Positions 14,421 through 26,160 are shown, counted from the stretch's first letter. The stretch is 64,000 nucleotides of DNA from the human T2T-CHM13v2.0 reference genome, Homo sapiens (GCF_009914755.1 NC_060947.1), one strand, 5' to 3'. Notes: generated by a model not told the origin, from the letters alone. Made by a program: numbers and translations.

Positions 14421-16929
14421 TGAAGATAGAGATAAATAAACAAAATAAAAATGTTGGAGACAACTATGAGAATGTCATCCTAGGAAAGCACAGGGAATGA
14501 GAACTTAGGCCTGAAAGAGAGGGAAGAAGTGGAGCATCAGCATCGTTATCTGCAGAGGTCAAAATGAAGAGACAATCAGAGAGACCAGAGCATGGGGAGA
14601 GAGGTTTGCCAGGAAAGCTAAGGAGGAGGAGGGGGATGAAAGTGCCTCATACCTCCATGCCTTCACACCTGTACCTCCCAGAGGTCAGGGAGATGAGGCC
14701 TGGGAAACAACCAGGGCTCCCTGGGGAGTTCTTGCCATTTATAAAATTAAGCAGAAGCAGCACTTTGGGGAGTTTTTTAAAAAAGAAAAGAGAAAAAGGG
14801 AAGAAAGAGGGAAGAAAGGAGGGTAGGAGGGAGAGAGGAAGAAAGGGAAACCAGTAAAACATAAATTAAAATTTTAATTATTTGAAAATTTGTGGTTGCT
14901 CAAATGGGCTCTGCTGGATTTTAACCTTGATGGTCAAAACAAAGGAAGGGTCTAAAGAGTAAATAAATAGGACACAGGACCATACCCCAAATGTCTAAAT
15001 CATGGTGTTCCATTCATCTGGTGCTTGTACAAGTCACCTTTGACTAGGATCCAAAATAGGGCCAAACCAGAAAGGCCTGACAGTGGCCAAGCTTGGGATG
15101 GAGCCAATATGGCCAAGAAATGATATATATGAAAGCAGAGAAGGTGCTCCAGGTTTCAATTCAATAAGCAACTATTGAGGCTTTGCCAGATACTATGCGC
15201 TATGGACCAAAAGCTGTGCCTGCTCTCAGGGAGCTTCCCACCCAAGGGACAAAGACTGGCTCAATAAAATGGGAGAGGCTTTCCTAGCCTGTTCCTCCCC
15301 TGCAGGGAGTCTCAGGGAAGCATGGGGAGGAGAGGAGCTGGGGATGGTCTCCCTACCGGAGACACTGGGGTTGGGCCTTGCAGAGTGGGGAAGGAAGAGG
15401 CACTTGCCAGGGACCAGGGGACAATTTCATGGGTCAGTTTCTGGATGAGAGCCAGTGGGCCAGTGATGGTGATCAAATCATGCCTTGTTGTCATGGAAGC
15501 TGAGAAGGGACAGGATTGGAAGAGATTTTAAAAACAAACCAATAAAAAGGCAAAGAAGGAAGGCACTCATGTGGAGTTGGCACTGGGGACAGGAGAGTCA
15601 ATACCAGCTAGAGACAAACAGCCCCTTCCCTGGACAGCCTGGAGGGCATCGTGTCATCTCAGCCCTGGCCAGTTGCCCCTGCTCATAACAATGACCCAGT
15701 CAAGGAAAGGTTTCCTTTGCCAAGATGCTTAATGCATTTTGAAAAGTTTCCCATTGAAAACACTTCCAATAAAAGGATTCAGAGCTTGAAGAATTGGCCT
15801 TCCATTATCTGGCTCTCACACTGCCTGTTGAGTGGTATTCCCCAGACACACAAAGAAAACAGGCTATTCTCCTCCACGCTCAAGTACCTTAGGAGCACCC
15901 ATTCACTCACAATAGTTGAGATCCTCTTTACCAATAATGTTATCAGTGTGTTAACACGATTTCCCCAAGGACTTCTACCAGGCAAGACCTTGTTAGCTGC
16001 TTTCCATCTGTGCCTGAAATCACAAAGCCTCATTAAAAAACCATCAGTTGTTAACAAAAAATGATTAACTCTGTATGCTGGTCCTGCCACCCTGAAGACT
16101 GAATTCCTGAGCGCACTTGTCATTCCAATGGTCTCCATTGCTATGATGGCCACCTTGGGGACTGACACCTGCTGACATCCTGTAACCAGAGACCAAGTCT
16201 TTGTTTTGTGGGGACAGTGCTTGAATGCTTGACTGTTACTCTGGGCCTCGATCTCCCTTCAGTGGAAGGGAAGGATGGTCAGGAGTCTGGTCTCCTCATT
16301 CTGAGCCTACAGGTCATTAGATCACATGTTCCCTAAGTGTCCTCTTTGTTCCTGGATAAGATGTAAAGCAAAATAGTGGAAGGCACATTGCCCTGCTGTC
16401 CAGAGCCCTGACAGGGAGGTGCTGGGGGAGGGAGGGGGAGATGGCATAAAGCTGCAGTGCTTCAAGGCCCTACAGGGTGAGGCACCAGACAGGTGGGACT
16501 CCAGACCAGAGTGGCTGTTGTTTTGTGATTTTTCTTTTTACACCCTAGTCTGCTTCAAGAGAGTTTGTTTAAGTTAAGAAGCCTATGGCCTAACAGAGTT
16601 TGAACCCTGACAGAGAAATAGCAAGGACCAAACTGAGGGCCTGGGAAGGTCTGTTCAGGGGAAACCACTTAGGGGAGGGGATTCCAGATTCCAAGAAATG
16701 AGCCATGGAGGATTACATTCCAAGCAAAGTTGTGACAGCCAAGAAAACCTGGGAAATGAGGAGGTATTAATGGGCATATAATCAATCAAAGATGGGGGGG
16801 GCAATGGAAAATGGGGACATAGTAACAGAGATATAACTATCAAAGATGGGCAGTAACTATTCAGTTTTAGGAGGATTTGCTGGAACCCATAGTCAGTTCC
16901 CAATTTCTATCTGGGATTCTTTTGTTATT

Positions 16930-17075
16930 TCTTAAAAGGTAACTTTATTGAGATATAATTCACATAACAATTTACCCATTTTAAAGTGTACAGTTCAAAC
17001 TTTTAAAAGTATATTCACAGAGTTGTACAACCATTGCCACAATCAATTTTAGAACCTTTTCATCACCTACCTGGA
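16930..17075 (-). mobile_element. Old L1M 3' fragment
   Basis: aactttattgagatataattcacata...tatattcacagagttgtacaaccattgccacaatcaattttagaac. Confidence 0.65.
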
Positions 17076-17789
17076 GTTCTTGATTCTACAAAGTAGATGA
17101 AGAAATTGGGGAAAGAGCAACCAAGATGACAAAAGTTTATAAGATAGGAAATGGGAGAAAGTGAGAAGAGACAGGATCCTTGAGTCTTGAGGATAGGAGG
17201 CTGCAAAAAGGTCTAGTGCTTAAATTGGGAACTACTAAAAGAAGGAGGTTTGACTTTTGTTTCCATTAAAGACAAACAAAACACTGGGCTCACTTACAGC
17301 AAAAAGGGTTTAGGTAAAACATGAGAGGAAAAAAAAAAACTTCCTGGCAATGTTTGTAAATTTCTTGGTGGGGGGGACGGTTATGCTGTCCTTGAAAATA
17401 AGACCAATTTTTGGAGTGAGATTTGAATAATGAATAAGTCCTTCCAGTTTTGTGTTTGTAAAATAATGAGGAACCTGTCAGGACTGGCAGAGTGCCTACC
17501 TTTTCTGTGAGATGGGGGTAGTCTTGCTGATCCCTGTTTACTGGAGAGAAGCTTCTAAAGTGCCCATAGCATGTCGAATGAATGACAGTCCTATGGATGG
17601 GTGAACAATGGTACCAAGTAAGTTTCCTGATCAGATCAGCCTCATGGTAGTAAATCAGAAAATGTGAGTGAGGCATCAGAAACCACAGCTACAGCTACAG
17701 ATTCCTCTTCCTGATTGTTTCTTGATTGCATTCATTCATCAAGGAATTTTTGAGCCCCTGCTGTGGGCCAGGTGTCAGGCCCTAGAGAT

Positions 17790-17990
17790 AAAGCAGTGGT
17801 TCTGGATCAAAGATGATGCTACCACTCAGGGAACACTTGGCAATGGCTGCAGACATTTTTGTTATCTTGCAGGAAGAGGTCAAGGATGTTGCTGAATATC
17901 CTACGATGCATAGGACAGTCCTCGCCCCCCACAAAGAGAATCAATCATCTAGCCTCAAATGTCAATAGTGCCAAGATTGACAAACCTTGA
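17790..17990. mobile_element. MER20-like hAT-Charlie remnant
   Basis: ggcaatggctgcagacattttt...ggatgttgctgaatatcctacgatgcataggacagtcc...caaatgtcaatagtgccaag. Confidence 0.6.
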
Positions 17991-18329
17991 GATAAAGAAA
18001 TAAGATTCAGTCCCTGCTGTCAAAGAATTCAGCCCCTGTTCATTGCGGTGTTTCTAAATGTGATTTGAAATGAGTCCTAATAACAATTTCTGCATTGAAA
18101 AAAATAATCTTCAAGTTCCTTACTTGAAGAGACCATAAATTGGGAAAAACCACCTTCCCAATACCATTCTGGACTGATCACATGGAGCTATGATGCAATA
18201 AGTGTTTATTACATCCTAATTGCCTGGCTTACCAAACTTTAGATTTAAAACATTATTAAGCAGGGGGAGGACTGTTTCCTAGTGGCCTTTATCATCTTTT
18301 TTAGCAGAGTGAACCTACAGGTGTTTTTC

Positions 18330-18714
<385 letters not shown>

Positions 18715-20690
18715 TAACCTACAAGTGGAATTAATAATAGTAAACCTCAACAGTTCATCACGTTCAACTTGGACTTGTTTCTAACCTCAGCAGGGCATAA
18801 CTAAAATGTCACTTTACTTAGAAATCCCTTGGTCTAATAACAGTTGCAGGTGGATTATTTGCAATATTTTGGAACTACTTCTTTCAAGCACTTATATATA
18901 CTACTTACGATAGTGTCACCCAATATGGGTTAATTAAATTAAATGATCAGTTTGTTAAAATAGCACCCTAAGGACCTCAACTATATCCTATTTTGTCTTG
19001 CTGATGTGGGAGGTGAGTTATTTGACCTGGTGGTAGTGAGTTGTGGAAAACTGCCTTTTTTATTTAATGAGGAGTAAAGTCTGCTAAAATGACCTCTTAC
19101 ACTTTTTTCCCTGCTGTTAAAGTTGTCAGCTTAGCAGCTTTTGAGTGTGGCTTTTAGAGGCCTTGGCTTCCCCACCCTTCAGCTTGAAATCACCTCCTCA
19201 CCATTGTGCCAAGTGCTCTGGGCATTCCAGCTAACTGGAATGGTCTTGAAAATAATTGAAGAAAAATCCGTAATTCAGACTCTCTGCTAATTCATCCTGG
19301 CTTTTGCCCCTAAAGAGTCTAAATTCCTGTGGGTTCATTGGGCTTCAGACCCAATATTTAAGACTATGACAAAGTACATATTTTTGAGTTGTTGATGCTT
19401 AAAACCTGAAAGCAGAAAGCTCTTCTGAGCCTCAATTTCCTCACTTGTAAAATGAATCTAAATCCTTTCCTGTCCTGTTGTATTAATTATGCTCCTTATG
19501 AAGATAATGAGTATATTGACATATTCTCTCAGTGATTGGCTTCTCCCTCTCTCCCTGTCTCTCTCCTTCCTTCCTTCTCTCTTTTTGTTTGGAGTTTTTA
19601 CCGTTGTAGGCCTATTTTTTCATGCTAAAAGTGTGAGACTTTTGCCTTTCAATCTAAACAAACCTTTGACCTCACTTCAGAATATTCTACTCACTGTCAA
19701 GGACTTCCGTGGTTAGGACAGTACCTGTTCCTTCTTTAAATCTTTCTTTTTTTTCCCCCTCTTTAGAGCTATTCGTTTTTCCTCTGCCAGGATGCTCACT
19801 ACCCACAAACACAGATCTTCACAACTTGCTCCAATTTCTTATAATTTCTGAACTGAAGCCAGCTGAAGCCATCTTGACAAGTCTGAGCAAATTTGAACAT
19901 TCCTGGTGACTAATCCTATTTCCTAAAAGGCTGATCTTTATGCTGGTTGGCCCAAAGCGTTTTTGAAAGAGATGACAAATCAAGTCTTGAGGAAAACTCT
20001 GCTGGAAATCCTGTATGGCTGAGACCTGAGAGTAGGTGAACTGGACATAGTTGTGAGGGGTGGGAGATAAGAGTGATCACAGCTGGCCGAATCAAGCAGA
20101 AAAACCACAGGGCCTGAGAGTGTGCTGGTGGCCCTCTTTGTGAGCCCTGTGGGGATCACACATCTCTGTCCAGGAACCATGATTCTGGGCTAATGGCTCT
20201 TACTCAAAGGTTTGTGTGAAAGGCTGCATACTCCCGACGGGAGAAGGGGCATGGAGTTGAACCACCAGGGAACCCTAGGCTCACTGGGGCCACAACAATG
20301 GGTGCTTTCCCTTCTCTTAATTCCTGGCCGGCTTATAGCCAAGCTGACTGGATCCCAGTTTCCATCAAACGCCTGGATGAGGGGCAGGCAGAGGGTGTTG
20401 CTGCCCCAGTGGCACAACCGTGATCCCAACACAACACTCGGTGTGCAGCCTCCACAGAGCTCAATGGGCAAGCCTCCCAATGCCACAGCCAGTCCCCATA
20501 ACAATAGCCTCATCCCCAAAGGCTCCCAGTGTTGAATGGGAAGGATCATAAATGGGTTTGGCTGGGGCGGGTGGGGAGGCCTGCCCCAGGAATTTATCCC
20601 AGGGATGGGAGTTGTTCCACACTGGCTCAACACCCAGGGTCAGCTGTGTAGCCAGCCTTTCTCACCCAGCCAGTGCTGCCGTCTCAAGTT

Positions 20691-21445
20691 GGGTGGGCAG
20701 CCTTCCTGCACCAGCTGATGGGGCCCGTGTCTTTATAATATGCTGGAAAGAGCTGCTGAGTCTCTGGCTTTGAGGGGACAAAGTTTGCCATTTGTAGAAG
20801 CTGAAAGGATGGCGTCTGGCTGATGCTATAGACTGGGACTAGTCAGCCTGACAAGAAACAGCTATTTGGTCACATTTTGAAAGAGAAATTTTAACAACAC
20901 AGGAAAAGAACAGGAAAAGGGCTTCCCAGATACAACAAAGAGAAACATGTGGCTTGAGGTTTATAAGGTAATTACAGGCTACCATTGCCTTCCTTTTCTC
21001 TTGTATGTCACTCGGCTTTAAGCACTTGCTTCTAAAGGGCAAATGGTGAATTTTGTGCCCTGAAAGCCAGAGACTCAGCAGCTCTTCCCAGCATATTGCA
21101 AAGACACAGGCCCCATCAGCTGGTGTAGGAAGGCCACCCAGCACTGCAGTGGCAGGAGGAAATAACCGTAAGCATGGGGAGAAACGACAGCTGACGAATG
21201 GGAACCGCTGGTGCCCAGGCCCCTTTGTGTTCCATTTGAAACCAGAAGACTTGTGCTATGCTCAGGAAACATGGCCAGAAACCCACACTAGGAATAAAAA
21301 TGGAAAAAAGGACTGTGCCATGTAGACACTGAAAGGATGGCGTGTAGCTGATGCTATAGACTGGGACTAGTCAGCCTGACGAGAAACAGCTATTCGGTCA
21401 CATTTTGAAAAAAAAAAAAATTAACACAGGAAAAGAGCAGGAGAA
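20691..21445. repeat. Composite local duplication: inverted repeat (20691-20793 / 21040-21142) plus direct repeat (about 20786-20918 / 21316-21445)
   Basis: revcomp match aaagccagagactcagcagctctt...ggccccatcagctggtg; direct match gctgatgctatagactgggactagtcagcctgac. Confidence 0.92.
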
Positions 21446-21824
21446 AGAAAATTCACTCTGGGTGTATGATACAGGGCCAGCTAAAGCTGTAACCCTGTAC
21501 ACGGAGGGCCTGGTAATAAAAGAACAGTCTCACAACTGCTTTTCCTCCTGTTCATATTCCCTGTAACAGCTGGATACATACTAATTGCAAGAAGTGAAAA
21601 AAAAAAAAAAAAAAAAGCTTTAAGTTTAAAAGCAGGCATGCAATCATCAGTCTCTTGCCAGCACAGTTTCAGACACAAGTGTGCTGTGCCACCTAGCAGG
21701 TCTATTCTAAATGCACATTCACAGTTCCTCCAGTTCCTCATTTGTGTGGGTGGCCTTTGCTGTCAGGGTAGAGCTGCAGTCTCCTTCCACGCGCATCGTT
21801 TCTGTCCGTCAAGAAATGGCTTAA

Positions 21825-22050
21825 CCAGGGATTCTCAGCCTCAGCACAACTGACATCTCAGGTCAGATCATTCTTTGTTGGGGTCTAGGGGCTGTCCTGT
21901 GTGTTATAGAATGTCTAGCAACATCCCTAACCTCTACCCACTAGATGCCAGTAGTAATCTCTCCCCCCAGCTGCGACAACCAAAAGTGTCTCCAGGCTTT
22001 GCCAGATATCCCCCGGGGGTTACAATCACCCCATTTGATAATCACCAGGC
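21825..22050. mobile_element. MER20
   Basis: ggggctgtcctgtgtgttatagaatgtctagcaacatccctaacctctacccactagatgccagtag; acaaccaaaagtgtctccag. Confidence 0.75.
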
Positions 22051-22671
22051 TAAACTAGAAAAGAATGACTTTGTCTTCTCTCCCTGGCTCCACCCTCAAA
22101 GATCTCTATCCAAGGCTGGGAAAAAGTATGAGCCATCTCTTGATCCACTAGCCTGCGCCACTACTTCTGACTTGCAAGATTTTCAATCATTGAGAACAAT
22201 GCTCTTACTGCCCTTGAAAAGAAGGGCATTTCCAACTAAACTTTTGGTTGGTGGGAAGGAAGCAGGTTACTTTTTTGTTGTGAGACATTTGTCTTGTCTT
22301 ACACTATGGAAGGTCCAGGCACAGAATTCTACACACCCAAGAACTATATGAACTGGAAGGAGCCTCAGGCACTTGAAACTCACCTCGCTGTCCCTTTTCT
22401 TTGCCACTTATTTATTTATTTATTTTACAAATGAAATTTAAAAAACCCAAGGCCAAAGTGGGAAATGACTTGCTCAAGGTCATCCATATTCCTAACCCTC
22501 CTTTTACTGGGGCATAGGGCAATATTTTCCAATATGCCTGAAAAGCTTAGGTCTCTAATCACAGATAACTTACAGCTTTTCACAAGCAAGAGTTTTGGCC
22601 AAATTATGCCAGTTAAGGAATGTAAATTTTATAAATGATGAAATACTGCAACCAATTAGTGCAAACAAACA

Positions 22672-22703
22672 TTTATTGTGAAATATTCATCCTACCCTTT
22701 ATT
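22672..22703 (-). terminator. RAI2: RAI2 polyadenylation signals (two AATAAA)
   Basis: tttatt on + at 22672-22677 and 22698-22703, about 320-350 nt 3' of the stop codon in an AT-rich UTR. Confidence 0.75.
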
Positions 22704-23024
22704 AGGTATTACATCATCAAAGCACTTTGTGGCAATGAAAATAGCTTTTTTTACCCCTCTAATTCACCCAATATTCCATTAAAGCTGCAAAAAATGTGCA
22801 ATCTGCTTGAAAAATAGGTTGCTCTTATTTACTCATTTGTGAAAAGTCAAAAATTAAAAAAGAAAATGATACTAGCATACAGGGCCTCTAGAGCCAATTC
22901 ACCTTTCCATTTCCCAACTACTCCCCAAAATAATTAACAAAGATAATTTGTTTTAAATGCCTTTTTATAAAACCAATGCACCTTTCCCCATATTATAATC
23001 ATACAAATTTTAAAAAGCCGTTAT

Positions 23025-24617
23025 TTACTTTCTTGGAAAAAAGGTGGCCAGCCGTTGTTTTTTGATTGGGAGCATGTGTATTTCCTGGGAGTTCACTTTC
23101 TTTAACTTTATGCTCCGGTTTTTGATGGGTTTCCTAAGGGGCTCTGCATTTCCCATGGACTCTTCCCCTTGGCTGTTGATGTCATAGCCCTGAAGCACGG
23201 AGTCTTCTCTTTTGAAGGAGAAGTTTTTGGTGGACACCCCTGAGAGGCCTTTGATCTTGCCACAGAATATGGTAGGCACAGCATCTTCGACAGAGACAAT
23301 GACCTTGGCCGCCTGGGACTCGCCCACCATCTCAATGTTATTTTCAGCCTTGACTTCGCCGCTGGGGTGGTTGGGCTGGCTGAGCATCTCGGTAGCAGCA
23401 TCACTGCTGCTGATGTGACTATCCATCATGGCTGGGGCCTCATGGGACGTGGCAGGGGCAAAAGAAATTTCCATGCCACTGGGAAGTTTCTCCATCACTG
23501 TGTGACCTGAGCTGTCCACTGATGCACCACTGTCATACAGTGTCTCAGGGGGAGGCTCGGATTTCCGGTGGGCTGCCACTGACAGGTCTAGGGCTGCATC
23601 TTCCTGGAAGATTGGGGGACTGACTTCACCAGCCTTGAGCCAGGGCACTGACTTCATGGAGAGATCCAGGGCCTCGTTCTCACTTCCCATCTTAATGACC
23701 GTGTGGCGGCTGAGCTGGAAGTACTCCTTAGGCTGGAGGATGTCAAAGGGCTTCAGTTCATCTTTTTCCAGAGGGGTCTGGGTGCCTTTAAAGGGGTGCA
23801 GGCCGAAGGAAGATGGTGGCTTGGGGAAACTGGAGCTGAACTTGGATTCAGAACTCTGAGGCACCGGGATGGGGATGGGAATAGGGACTGGCACAGGCAA
23901 GGGGACGATTACAGGATACGGCACCAAGAGGGTGGCTGGTGGGACCAGGGGGGACAAGGGGGAGCTAAAAGGCTGTGGGGGCACAGGGGCATAGCCAGGA
24001 GGAGGCTGACAGGGTGGGGGCCCGAGAGTGCCCTGGGAGGGAAACAAATTCTGGAGCACAGCTTCAAATGGCAAAGTGGGCTCCTGCGGCTGGCTGGGGA
24101 TCCTCAGGTCCAGGAGCTGGGGCTGGGCCTCGGGGTCCTCCGCTCCCTGGAAGAGGTTGTTGTGGATGGTACTGGAGGAGCATGGGGCCTCCTGCGGCAG
24201 GACCAGAGGGGAGTTGAGGTGCTGAAAGACGTGCTGCTCCAGCACCACGGGCAGTTGCACGGGGCCCTGGGTGGTCATGACGTAGGTGGCATTGCCATTC
24301 GGATTGAGCTCTGGTGCGGAGCTTCCCTCCACCTGCATGTGAATGGGCATCACCACTGGGCTCTCCCCGAGGCACAGGGGCTGCAACACAGTGGCCGCCA
24401 CCTTCAGAGCCATGCCACTCTGAGACTCGGCAGGGGGGTTCAGAATGGATGGGGCTGGCACGGTCACCAGGGCCTTCTTTACCAGGTCAGTGGAGTTGAT
24501 GTTCCAGGCCTCGGTGGTGATCAGCTGAGCCATGCCATTCTCCAGTCTGTTATTAGCCAAGGCAGGAGGGGAGTCAGTCATGTCCATGGAGAGGTTCTGG
24601 GACTGCAGGTCGTCCAT
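23025..24617 (-). CDS. RAI2: Retinoic acid-induced protein 2, 530 aa, single coding exon; CtBP-binding regulator related to SOBP
   Basis: MDDLQSQNLSMDMTDSPPAL...ATFFPRK; true start is the ATG at 24617 (ORF track starts one GTG earlier; in-frame TGA two codons upstream; gtgATGG Kozak); Pro-rich segment and two ALDLS motifs at residues 316-320 and 342-346. Confidence 0.97.
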   Translation of the reverse strand: MDDLQSQNLSMDMTDSPPALANNRLENGMAQLITTEAWNINSTDLVKKALVTVPAPSILNPPAESQSGMALKVAATVLQPLCLGESPVVMPIHMQVEGSSAPELNPNGNATYVMTTQGPVQLPVVLEQHVFQHLNSPLVLPQEAPCSSSTIHNNLFQGAEDPEAQPQLLDLRIPSQPQEPTLPFEAVLQNLFPSQGTLGPPPCQPPPGYAPVPPQPFSSPLSPLVPPATLLVPYPVIVPLPVPVPIPIPIPVPQSSESKFSSSFPKPPSSFGLHPFKGTQTPLEKDELKPFDILQPKEYFQLSRHTVIKMGSENEALDLSMKSVPWLKAGEVSPPIFQEDAALDLSVAAHRKSEPPPETLYDSGASVDSSGHTVMEKLPSGMEISFAPATSHEAPAMMDSHISSSDAATEMLSQPNHPSGEVKAENNIEMVGESQAAKVIVSVEDAVPTIFCGKIKGLSGVSTKNFSFKREDSVLQGYDINSQGEESMGNAEPLRKPIKNRSIKLKKVNSQEIHMLPIKKQRLATFFPRK

Positions 24618-24660
24618 CACTCAGCTCTGATGCCACTTGGCCTGCAACACAGAACATACA
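24618..24660 (-). other. RAI2: Splice acceptor and 24-nt 5'UTR portion of the RAI2 coding exon
   Basis: Minus strand tgtatgttctgtgttgcag|gccaagtggcatcagagctgagtgATG; AG at 24643-24642. Confidence 0.85.
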
Positions 24661-25850
24661 ATATGAATCTTCCTTAAAAGACTATTTATAATTGCCTTAA
24701 GAGCTCTCTCACATCTTTAGAAAGTTTCCACGTTTTAGTTAACCAGGGAGCATAACCCATCTCTCTATGTATATGTTCAGGTTATAGATATCTCCTAATA
24801 TATACAAACACAACCACATGATCCTGTGTGCGTGGAGAACCCCAATTTAACAGATGATTAAGCTATAAATGCAGATGATGTAATCAGTAAATAGCCAAGT
24901 GAGGTTAAACCAGGCATTTTTTAAGCCTAATTCTCAGCTTATATGTTTGGCCTTCAACAAAAACGAAGTTTCAGTCCAAGTTGCTATGTCAGACAGTTAA
25001 GATATGTAGAAATTTGACTTGTTCAAATTCAAATAAGCAGTGAAGACTTACTTTCCTTTAAGGAAAAAAATAATGCCTTGTCACATGTGAATATGCTATG
25101 ACTATGGAAAATGGCATTTTAAATACTCTGTAGCAATCATTCTTCCAAAAGAGGTTTGATAAGCACAAGGGTCATTACAGTTGTCTCTCTGTCTCCCTCT
25201 GACCAATGACATTCCCATTTCTCCCAGTAACAGCAAAATCCGTTCCCCAGGGCAAGGTGAAGATCGATGATGACTTGCATGAATGGTCATTGGGTCCACT
25301 GTCACTTCCCCAATCAGCTCATCTATCTGATCTGTGGCCTCTCCTAATATCTAGCTGCCAAGAGGAAGAGGGCATTGGTGAGCCTAGGGCTGGGGAGATG
25401 GAACACTTGTTGGAAACGAAAATCCTCATAGGTCAGGCACACTTTCTCAATGTCCTCGGCACCTCCCACAGACCTCTGGCCACCTCCTGAGAGGCCAAAG
25501 GCACCTAGCGCGTGTGCTTCCTGGTGGAAGCAGGGCTGCAGATGCGATAGGGCTCTCCATGGAAACCTGTCCATATTTGGCCTCGTTACCATGGAGAAGG
25601 CAGGCACCATGTCTAACTCAGGGATCTGAGCAGCCTTGGAGTCTGGTTGGGCTCAATAATAATTCAATAATCCTCAGTTTCACTGGGCAGGCCTTGGGCA
25701 ACTGAGATTTTTTACCTCATCTATCCCAACTGCCTAGACTTTAGTCCTGTGGTCAGCTCGTCCTCCTCTCCTCACCCCGAAATTACCAACACAACCTCCA
25801 AAGAAAGAGAGGCGGCCCAGCACACCATGGGGCTAGAAATAAACAAACGA

Positions 25851-26160
25851 GGCTGGGTGCAGTGGCTCATGCCTGTAATCTCAGCACTTTGGGAGGCTGA
25901 GGTGGGCAGATCATTTGAGGTCAGGAGTTCGAGACCAGCCTGGCCAACATGATGAAATCCCATCTCTACTAAAAATACAAAAATTAGCTGGGCATGATGT
26001 CGCACGCCTGTAGTCCCAGCTACTCTACTCGGGAGGCTGAGGCAGGAGAATGGCTTGAACTCAGGAGGCGGAGGTTGCAGTGAGCCGAGATCGCATCACT
26101 GCACTCCAGCCTGGGTGACAGAGTGAGACTCCTTTAAAAAAAAAAGAAAAGAAAAGAAAA
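25851..26160 (+). mobile_element. AluS
   Basis: Full dimer and A tail; TSD agaaataaacaaacga / agaaataagcaaatga. Confidence 0.95.

Larger units (their letters stand above)
13260..14600 (-). mobile_element. L2 fragments (interrupted by an Alu monomer and a purine-rich tract)
   Basis: catttattgag...aagcactgtgttagg; ggaaagctttctggaggaggtgttgttttgagctgaatcctgaagg are typical L2 3' blocks. Confidence 0.6.

Noticed and set aside
15651-16168. Overlapping 137-aa (+) and 129-aa (-) ORFs
   Set aside because: Non-ATG starts, no recognisable homology or exon structure.
20839-21144. Similar short peptides (PADGA.VF.ICW.ELLSLWL) on both strands suggesting paralogous small genes
   Set aside because: A by-product of the inverted duplication.
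21875-22351. 158-aa + ORF
   Set aside because: Begins inside MER20 with a non-ATG start; no coding signature.
22719-22729. aaagcactttg as a miR-17/20 seed site in the RAI2 3'UTR
   Set aside because: GCACTTT is on the + strand, antisense to the RAI2 mRNA.
24618-24620. ORF-track start giving a 531-aa RAI2 (MMDDL)
   Set aside because: The first codon is GTG; the ATG at 24617 has good Kozak context and gives 530 aa.
25918-25931. AGGTCAggAGTTCG DR2 as a RARE
   Set aside because: Generic Alu-internal motif with an imperfect second half-site; not locus-specific evidence.
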